Assembly (NCBI GenBank): GCA_036170915.1
Contig: JAVHQC010000020.1
Location: 32,001-96,000, forward strand
Direction: 5' to 3'
Source of the DNA: Cyanobacteria bacterium auto_48_18
Lineage (GTDB): Bacteria > Cyanobacteriota > Vampirovibrionia > Obscuribacterales > Obscuribacteraceae
Length of the DNA: 64,000 bases
The notes under the pieces were generated by a model. It saw only the letters and a program-made list of their open reading frames with translations, was not told the DNA's origin and did not search any database. The position numbers were made by a program, and so were the translations under genes. Every line of letters begins with the position of its first letter. The first letter of the stretch is position 1. This document shows, in pieces, positions 58,031 to 64,000 of the stretch.

Positions 58031-58186
58031 ATGGCTCAGCAAAAAGGCATGAAAAGAGCGGTCAAAGTGGCCGAAAGAGCTCGCAAAAAAGTTGTGGCCA
58101 AGAAAGCCGCTGTAGTTCGCCAGGTGAAAAAATTGGTGAAAGAAGTCAGCCAGGCTGCCGGCAAACCAGAAAAAGCCGCTAAATAA
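58031..58186 (+). CDS. Small Lys/Ala-rich basic protein (51 aa), absent from the ORF track
   Basis: MAQQKGMKRAVKVAERARKKVVAKKAAVVRQVKKLVKEVSQAAGKPEKAAK. An AGGAGA RBS lies 7 nt upstream, and the ORF fills the gap up to the obgE stop. Confidence 0.8.
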   Translation: MAQQKGMKRAVKVAERARKKVVAKKAAVVRQVKKLVKEVSQAAGKPEKAAK

Positions 58187-58195
58187 TTGCAGTTT

Positions 58196-59539
58196 TTATT
58201 GAAGCCCCTCACCGAAGGTGAAGATCACCCCGCCAATGGTGACGTCTGTTCCTGGTTCGGCACCGGCTTCAATTAAAGCGTCGATAATTCCCATGGCTCT
58301 AAGCCTCTGCCAGAGGCTGAAGAGCGCTTCCGGCTCTTTCAAGTTGGTGACTTGAATGATGCGGGTGGCTCTGTCGCTTTCTACCAACAGACCACCTTTG
58401 ATCTGCACAATTTCAAAGCCGGTGCTGCCGTGGTCTACCGCTGCTTCGTCCACTTCCACTTCGGTTGGGGCCACTTTAGCAGCCAGTTGTTTCAAGCGAA
58501 TTACTAGTTTGCCGGTGATGTCGAGTAGCTCAGGCACACCCATGCGTGAATAGGCAGAGAGTAAAAATACTCGCTCTTTCAATTTTAAATCGTCTGCATA
58601 CAGGCTTGTTTGCGAACGCCCGGCAATGGCCGCAGCTACTTTAGCTTGAATCGCTCGAGCATCTTCTTCGGGCATCAATTCGGCTTTGTTGAGCACTACT
58701 AGCTGTGGCAAGTCGCTCAGGCGCTTGTCGTAAAGTGCAAGCTCTTTGTTGATGATTTCCATGTCAGCCAGGACGTCTTCGGCATTGATATCGAGCATAT
58801 GGATAAGCAATCTTGTGCGTTCTGCATGGCGCAAGAAGTTATGACCAAGGCCAATTCCTTGCGAAGCCCCTTCTATAAGTCCCGGAATGTCGGCCATGAC
58901 GTAACCCTCGTAGTTGGCGCCATGCTCAGGCTTGACTACACCGAGATTGGGTTCGAGGGTGGTGAAAGGATAATCGGCGATTTTTGGTTTGGCACGTGTG
59001 GCTGCCGCTAGAAGAGTCGATTTGCCCGCGTTGGGTAGTCCGATAATACCGACGTCGGCAAGCAGCTTCAGAGTCATTTGCAGGCGCCTGGCGATGCCTG
59101 GTTGACCTGGTTCACAATAGTGCGGAGCACGTTTGGTGGGAGTGGCTAATTCGCAATTGCCCTTACCACCATAGCCCCCTTCGGCCACCATCACCCGCTG
59201 GCCGGCGCTGATTAGATCGGCGATTACTTTATCTTTATCGAGATCTTTGATTACAGTGCCCACAGGCACGCGAATGACAATATCTTTGCCGGCCTTACCA
59301 TGGCAATTTTTGTTTCCACCCTTGATGCCTGGTTCTGCTTCAAATTTTTGCTTGAAGCGAAAGTCTACAAGGGTGCTGAGGTCGAGGGTGGCTTCGATGA
59401 AGACGCTGCCGCCGCGGCCGCCATTACCACCATATGGCCCGCCCATGGGCTCATACTTCTCTTTGCGCCACATGACGGCACCATTGCCGCCATCTCCGCT
59501 CACTACTTCTATTTCTACCTGATCGATTAACTGACTCAT
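58196..59539 (-). CDS. obgE: GTPase ObgE/CgtA with C-terminal OCT (DUF1967-like) domain
   Basis: Gly-rich Obg fold with GLPNAGKST, YPFTT, DIPG and NKAE motifs. Confidence 0.96.
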   Translation of the reverse strand: MSQLIDQVEIEVVSGDGGNGAVMWRKEKYEPMGGPYGGNGGRGGSVFIEATLDLSTLVDFRFKQKFEAEPGIKGGNKNCHGKAGKDIVIRVPVGTVIKDLDKDKVIADLISAGQRVMVAEGGYGGKGNCELATPTKRAPHYCEPGQPGIARRLQMTLKLLADVGIIGLPNAGKSTLLAAATRAKPKIADYPFTTLEPNLGVVKPEHGANYEGYVMADIPGLIEGASQGIGLGHNFLRHAERTRLLIHMLDINAEDVLADMEIINKELALYDKRLSDLPQLVVLNKAELMPEEDARAIQAKVAAAIAGRSQTSLYADDLKLKERVFLLSAYSRMGVPELLDITGKLVIRLKQLAAKVAPTEVEVDEAAVDHGSTGFEIVQIKGGLLVESDRATRIIQVTNLKEPEALFSLWQRLRAMGIIDALIEAGAEPGTDVTIGGVIFTFGEGLQ

Positions 59540-59770
59540 TTTCTCTACTTAGCTTTTTTGCTTGATCTCGATCTGTCTGATAACTAGATAGATCTTATAC
59601 AGATCCTTTAAGTAGAAAATAATTTATATATACTTAGTTCTAGATCTGTTGGGTTTTACTCTTCTACGTGGCATCAGAATAGCTGGGACCTTTGAGTTTT
59701 TCATAGCACTAAAGAACAGGCGCAAGAATACTTATCCAAGAAGACTTGCAGCAAACCGGGAGGATAGGCC

Positions 59771-59992
59771 TTGGAAGAGAGAATCACAATCCACGAAAAA
59801 GCTCGTGGCGAGACCATTAACGTATATATCGGCGAATATCGAGGTACCAAGTATCTCCACATTCGCGAATGGTACGTTGATAAAGACCAGGAAGAGAAGC
59901 CCACTAAAAAGGGTATTGCTCTGCCAATAGAGAAAATCGCGGCTCTCAAAGAAGCGATCGATCGCCTGGTGCCGGCCTCGGCTGAAGAGTAG
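59771..59992 (+). CDS. PC4/YdbC family single-stranded nucleic-acid-binding protein
   Basis: EYRG..YLHIREWY.....KPTKKGIAL PC4 signature, with a GGAGG RBS before the TTG start. Confidence 0.85.
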   Translation: MEERITIHEKARGETINVYIGEYRGTKYLHIREWYVDKDQEEKPTKKGIALPIEKIAALKEAIDRLVPASAEE

Positions 59993-60038
59993 AATTAGCT
60001 GTTCAAGCGACTTCTAAGTATTGATATCGATTAAATAG

Positions 60039-61085
60039 TTGCAAAAAAACTCGGTTGCTGAGAAAGTAGCTTGTCCTAGCTACGGAGCATTGCTAAGTAT
60101 TTTGCCACAACAAAAAAAATCTAGTCTTCTTGCCTCAAGTTGCCTTTCTTTTGTTCTTTCAGCGCTAACAGTAACCTCTGCTTGCCAGGCTAAAACCCCG
60201 GGCGGAGGTTTTTCTGCTTCTACAGAAAGAGCCGAAACATCTCAGGTCGGTCAAGGCGACGTAGCCGCTGTGTCTAGGCCGACGCCGACTGCAATCAAAA
60301 TTTCTAATTTTCGCCCAAAGCAGGGTGAAGTGATGGAGGTCGTGGTGCTTGCCAAAGACCTGGCCCAAGATCTGGCTCAAAACGCCGGAGCTGAGGCTCC
60401 TGAAGTGGAATTTCTCAAGAATAAGTACAAGCTTTTTGCTTTTGACAGTGAGGATGGCCCCGCCTACCGCGCACTAGTGACGGTGCCAGTGGTAGAAAAA
60501 GCTGGTTCACGCTCTCTTACCATCGGCAATCTAGCTACTCAGGTGCAGGTCATTGATGCTCATTATCCGGTGCAGAGACTGTCACTACCGCCGTCCAAGA
60601 ATAACTTCAACGTGGCTAAGGGCGAAGAAGAAGCTGTGGACAAGGCCAAAGCTACAGTCAGCGCCGAGCGCCACTGGACCAAGAATTTCAATGTTCCTTC
60701 AAAGGCTCGCGTCTCAGCCGGCTTCGGGTTACGACGCATCGTCAACGGCAAACTTTTGCCCGATTATTTTCATAGCGGGCTCGATTATGCCGGATTTTTA
60801 GGCAGTCCAATTTACGCCTGCGCACCAGGGACGGTGATACTGGCCAGCACTGGTGTATTTAAATTGCACGGTAATTGTGTCGCTATCGATCATGGCCAGG
60901 GTGTTGTTTCTTTCTACATTCACATGCAAAAGCTCAATGTCAAATTAGGGCAAAAGGTGGCCGCCGGTCAGACTATCGGAGCCGTGGGACAGACGGGCCG
61001 AGCTAATGGCCCCCATTTGCACTTCAGTATTTATTGCAACAAGGTGGCGTCCAACCCTAAGCAGTGGTATAGCAAAGCCCTTTAG
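60039..61085 (+). CDS. M23 family metallopeptidase
   Basis: HSGLD and GPHLHF Zn motifs, with an N-terminal hydrophobic segment. Confidence 0.92.
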   Translation: MQKNSVAEKVACPSYGALLSILPQQKKSSLLASSCLSFVLSALTVTSACQAKTPGGGFSASTERAETSQVGQGDVAAVSRPTPTAIKISNFRPKQGEVMEVVVLAKDLAQDLAQNAGAEAPEVEFLKNKYKLFAFDSEDGPAYRALVTVPVVEKAGSRSLTIGNLATQVQVIDAHYPVQRLSLPPSKNNFNVAKGEEEAVDKAKATVSAERHWTKNFNVPSKARVSAGFGLRRIVNGKLLPDYFHSGLDYAGFLGSPIYACAPGTVILASTGVFKLHGNCVAIDHGQGVVSFYIHMQKLNVKLGQKVAAGQTIGAVGQTGRANGPHLHFSIYCNKVASNPKQWYSKAL

Positions 61086-61203
61086 GTGATTTGGGCCTTG
61101 CTCTCGCAATGGGTGCGGAATTGCAGTCGCCAATTCGCAGAGAAAAATTCGCAATATTTCTCTGCGAATTTGACAGCACCTTTTTACTTGCTGCCGACAG
61201 ACG

Positions 61204-61240
61204 AAAAAAAAGAGCAAGTATAACCTTGCCCTTTTTCTTT
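61204..61240. terminator. Intrinsic terminator of sepF, possibly bidirectional
   Basis: On the minus strand, AGGGCAAG-GTTATA-CTTGCTCT is followed by a T tract. Confidence 0.75.
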
Positions 61241-61242
61241 GA

Positions 61243-61294
61243 TTCCTGAAAGTTTCCTGAGGGATTCCTGATTAGTTTCCTGAGGGTTTCCTGA
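61243..61294. repeat. Five copies of TTCCTGA spaced 11-12 bp apart
   Basis: Copies start at 61243, 61254, 61265, 61277 and 61288. Confidence 0.9.
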
Positions 61295-61296
61295 AC

Positions 61297-61815
61297 TTAG
61301 ATAGGTTGCGCTTTATTCCAGAATGCTTCTTTGATTACCTTGGAAGAAGTTGACTCTGAGCTGATGGTCACGCTTGCTGGAGCAAAGAGGAAGACACCGT
61401 CGCCGATGCGTTGCTGATGGCCATCGATAGCCCAGCAAGCGCCTGAGAGGAAATCTACTACTCTTTGCGACCCTTCATTGTCGAGCATATGCAGATTAAG
61501 AAGCACAGACTTGCGACCGCGAAGATGTTCAACAATATCCAAAGACTCTTCGAATTGTCTAGGTTCGATCACCAGAACTTCACTCACGGCCTGGGCGTTT
61601 GGATGATCCAAAATTTTGGCGCCGGTGCCGGGAATCATTTGGTGTACTCTTGCGGTTTTCACAGGCTCTTGAGCGTGTGCAACCGGATCAAGAGCTAATT
61701 GTCCATTGGTAGCGTAAACGTCGTCGGAAGTCTCAAAAAGATCTTCGAAATCCTCGCGCTCGTAGTTATCTGCAGGCCCAAACCAGAAGCTTTTGAACTT
61801 TTGAACGATGCTCAC
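61297..61815 (-). CDS. sepF: Cell division protein SepF
   Basis: EPRQFEE, SQRVVDFLSG...AIDG..QRIG...FLFAP motifs, an amphipathic N-terminus and an AAGGAGG RBS. Confidence 0.93.
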   Translation of the reverse strand: MSIVQKFKSFWFGPADNYEREDFEDLFETSDDVYATNGQLALDPVAHAQEPVKTARVHQMIPGTGAKILDHPNAQAVSEVLVIEPRQFEESLDIVEHLRGRKSVLLNLHMLDNEGSQRVVDFLSGACWAIDGHQQRIGDGVFLFAPASVTISSESTSSKVIKEAFWNKAQPI

Positions 61816-61925
61816 TACTTTCCTCCTTACCCTGTTGGTCTATTTTAAAAGTCTCTACCGAATTCTCTACGTCTTGTAAGTTACTAATCTTGAGTGTGAA
61901 AATTTTTTGTGGCTAAGTGCCGGGG

Positions 61926-62642
61926 CTAATTGCCAAAAATTGCTCGACCGAGCCTGATCATAGTTGAACCACATATGATGGCTTCTCGCCAGTCGTCCGA
62001 CATTCCCATCGACAACTCTTTAAGAGGTATGGCGAACTCGCCGCGCAGTTGATCGCGCAGAGCGCTAAGGCCTGAGAAGCTCTCGTGCCATATGTTTACG
62101 TCATCGGTTAGGGGGCTTATGGTCATCAAACCTTCTACCTTTATAGAAGGTAATGCCAAAATTTCGGCTAGAGAATTTCTCAATTGCTCTGGAGTAAATC
62201 CAGATTTTGAATTATCAGGCACCATTTTGATTTGCAGCAAAATTGATTGAGTGCTGCCATTGAGATTAGCGGCGTGAGAAATTTCTTTTGCGAGCTTCAA
62301 TGAGTCGACAGAGTGAATCAGAGCGAAGTTACCAACGGCCTGCTTGACTTTATTTGACTGCAAGTGTCCGATAAAATGCCAGTTAGAATTTAGTGCTACG
62401 TGTGGTGGCAAGGTCTGACGTTTTTTCAATGCGTCTTGAATGCGGCTTTCACCAAATTCGCTCACGCCCAATGAAAACGCTTCTTCGATTTGCTCGTTGC
62501 TGGCGTGTTTAGTCACGGCGATCAACCTCACGGTTTGTTCGTCGATAGCTTCTCTCACTTGTGCGAGATTGGCGGCCACAGCTGAGTTTCCTCGAGAATT
62601 GGATTTGGAAGCGGCGGATGAGCTTTGTGATTGGTCGGGCAT
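61926..62642 (-). CDS. yggS: PLP homeostasis protein YggS/PipY
   Basis: LIAVTK, FGESR, WHFIGHLQSNK, LSMGMS.D and RLGRAIFG motifs. ATG at 62642 chosen. Confidence 0.95.
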   Translation of the reverse strand: MPDQSQSSSAASKSNSRGNSAVAANLAQVREAIDEQTVRLIAVTKHASNEQIEEAFSLGVSEFGESRIQDALKKRQTLPPHVALNSNWHFIGHLQSNKVKQAVGNFALIHSVDSLKLAKEISHAANLNGSTQSILLQIKMVPDNSKSGFTPEQLRNSLAEILALPSIKVEGLMTISPLTDDVNIWHESFSGLSALRDQLRGEFAIPLKELSMGMSDDWREAIICGSTMIRLGRAIFGN

Positions 62643-62948
62643 CAGGTAGTAAATTACGACTTCAATTTGTCCGAGCAAACGTAAAAAGTTTGGGGGGCTT
62701 CGAGAGGTTTGAAAAGCGTCACCGCTGATGCCACCACCGACGCCTACTATTAACGCTCGGATAAGATCCCTTTGTCAAGTCTCCAGAGAAAATTTATCTT
62801 GGCACCACCCGACTGGCGCGGCTTTGTCAGTGGGCGGAATGTATATCTTTTCTGCCTATCGAGTGGCCTCTGCTTCGATTAAGTCGGTATCGAAGATATG
62901 CCTTTTGCAAAGACTGAAGTGATATCTCCAATGGTGCAATAAATTTTT

Positions 62949-63827
62949 TTAGTCTAAGGTTGGAGCTATTGCCATTGCCATTCCGGCAGACAAAATGGCA
63001 GCTGTCTCACTTCGTAAAATGGTGTCACCCATGGAGACGGGAAGAAAGTTATTTTGCATAATCAAATTGCGTTCATCTTCTGTGAAACCGCCCTCCGGTC
63101 CGACAATCAGCACCACCTGGGCCCCGTGTGCATGGGCCGTTGCGCTAAAAGTGTGGTTGTCAGCAGGTTTGTGCTGATGGCTCAGCAGGTGAACCATATC
63201 TGGTGCCTCGCTCCTTTCGCTGAGTAACAAGCGATAGTTGTAAGCGTAAGTATTGATGTTGGTTGCATCGATATTTTGCAATGCTTGCTCGAGCGACGAC
63301 GGCGCAGTTAGTGTTGGCAGCGTCAACCGTTCTGATTGTTCTGCCGCTTCTTTGACAATCAGCTGCCAGCGTTTGAGGCGGCTTTGATTGTCGTCTTTTA
63401 TTTTGACGATAGTACGGGTGGTGGCAAAGGGCATTATTTGGTCAACGCCAATTTCGGTCAATTTTTCCAGTGCCAACTCAAATCGATGGCTTTTGATCAT
63501 GGGTAACAAACTGACAACGCGGCAGCGCTTTTTAGTCTTATGATCACCTGAGGCATTTAAAGCTTCAACCAGTTTGAATACCGTGCGCTCTCGCTCAATC
63601 TCCACTATGGTGGCGGCCCAGGCGTTGCCGAGGCCATCAAGCAGCCTGACGCCGTCTCCATTTTTTAAGCGCAGGACTTTGCGCAGCTGATGGCTTACTG
63701 CCGAATCGTTAGAGATGGCCTGCCCGCTCTGCGCATGAAATGCTTGCGCCGGCAGGAAAAAACTGGAATATGAAGACGGCCGGTTCAATTTAAGATCTTC
63801 TTCTTCGCTGGAGCCGTGTGGGCGCAT
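62949..63827 (-). CDS. rsmE: 16S rRNA (uracil-1498-N3) methyltransferase
   Basis: H..KVLRL, EKLTEIGV, EAAEQSER, VGPEGGF and ILRSETA motifs. Confidence 0.95.
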   Translation of the reverse strand: MRPHGSSEEEDLKLNRPSSYSSFFLPAQAFHAQSGQAISNDSAVSHQLRKVLRLKNGDGVRLLDGLGNAWAATIVEIERERTVFKLVEALNASGDHKTKKRCRVVSLLPMIKSHRFELALEKLTEIGVDQIMPFATTRTIVKIKDDNQSRLKRWQLIVKEAAEQSERLTLPTLTAPSSLEQALQNIDATNINTYAYNYRLLLSERSEAPDMVHLLSHQHKPADNHTFSATAHAHGAQVVLIVGPEGGFTEDERNLIMQNNFLPVSMGDTILRSETAAILSAGMAMAIAPTLD

Positions 63828-64000
63828 CTTGCCTCTTATGTAAATTGCATCATTGTGACTATTCGCATCAGTACTGTTGCTGGTCTCTGGGTATCTATCA
63901 GCCAGTGCTATAATGACCTCTTTGTGACCAATTCTCCATCATTTGAGTCATCTAGGCAGCACCTTTGCGCATCAACTGAGTTTCAGGCCACCGGAGTAGA

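Noticed and set aside
61243..61294. Repeat array as a mini-CRISPR
   Set aside because: The 7-bp repeats with 4-5-bp linkers are far too short, and there are no cas genes in the window.
62728..62922. 64-aa plus-strand ORF between yggS and rsmE as pipX or another gene
   Set aside because: Wrong strand for the operon, no RBS and no PipX resemblance.
1..64000. Cyanobacterial HIP1 (GCGATCGC) enrichment
   Set aside because: I noticed only about two copies (near 24733 and 52010), close to chance expectation. The count was by eye.
63828..64000. Possible 3' end of a minus-strand gene at the window edge
   Set aside because: Too little sequence to support a call.

Overview
A gene-dense, roughly 49% GC bacterial chromosomal segment with no transposase, integrase, phage gene or CRISPR array that I could recognise. 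Gene content and style point by inference to a non-photosynthetic Cyanobacteriota (Vampirovibrionia/Obscuribacterales-like) genome: yggS-sepF without pipX, Obg with a C-terminal OCT extension, an LRR protein, and no obvious HIP1 enrichment. Recognisable housekeeping and metabolic genes are a partial mmsA, an SDR, a 2-oxoacid dehydrogenase E1a/E1b/E2/E3 operon with divergent lipA, proline dehydrogenase, alkA, tRNA-Lys, an MBOAT+SGNH pair, a reductive pyrimidine catabolism operon (aminotransferase, beta-ureidopropionase, preT, preA), an RND pump, pyrD, an ADH, an AI-2E transporter, two GT-C-like membrane proteins, a GH1, DsbD, BCP, pheT/pheS, a Nudix hydrolase, obgE, PC4, an M23 peptidase, sepF, yggS and rsmE. 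The most unusual block is 1258-11787 on the minus strand. It holds three consecutive genes that each encode about 445-470 aa of strict 11-residue (hendecad) coiled coil, one of them fused to a long disordered linker and an unknown head domain. These are followed by a stand-alone ADP-ribosyltransferase-fold gene, a secreted prion-like G/N/Q protein and a stress-type SDR. Other highlights are a membrane-anchored, repeat-containing Roadblock/LC7 protein, a 51-aa basic protein missed by the ORF track, a GT-C pair with one apparently inactive copy, and several candidate structured or regulatory RNAs. All family calls come from motif recognition by eye, with no database search.
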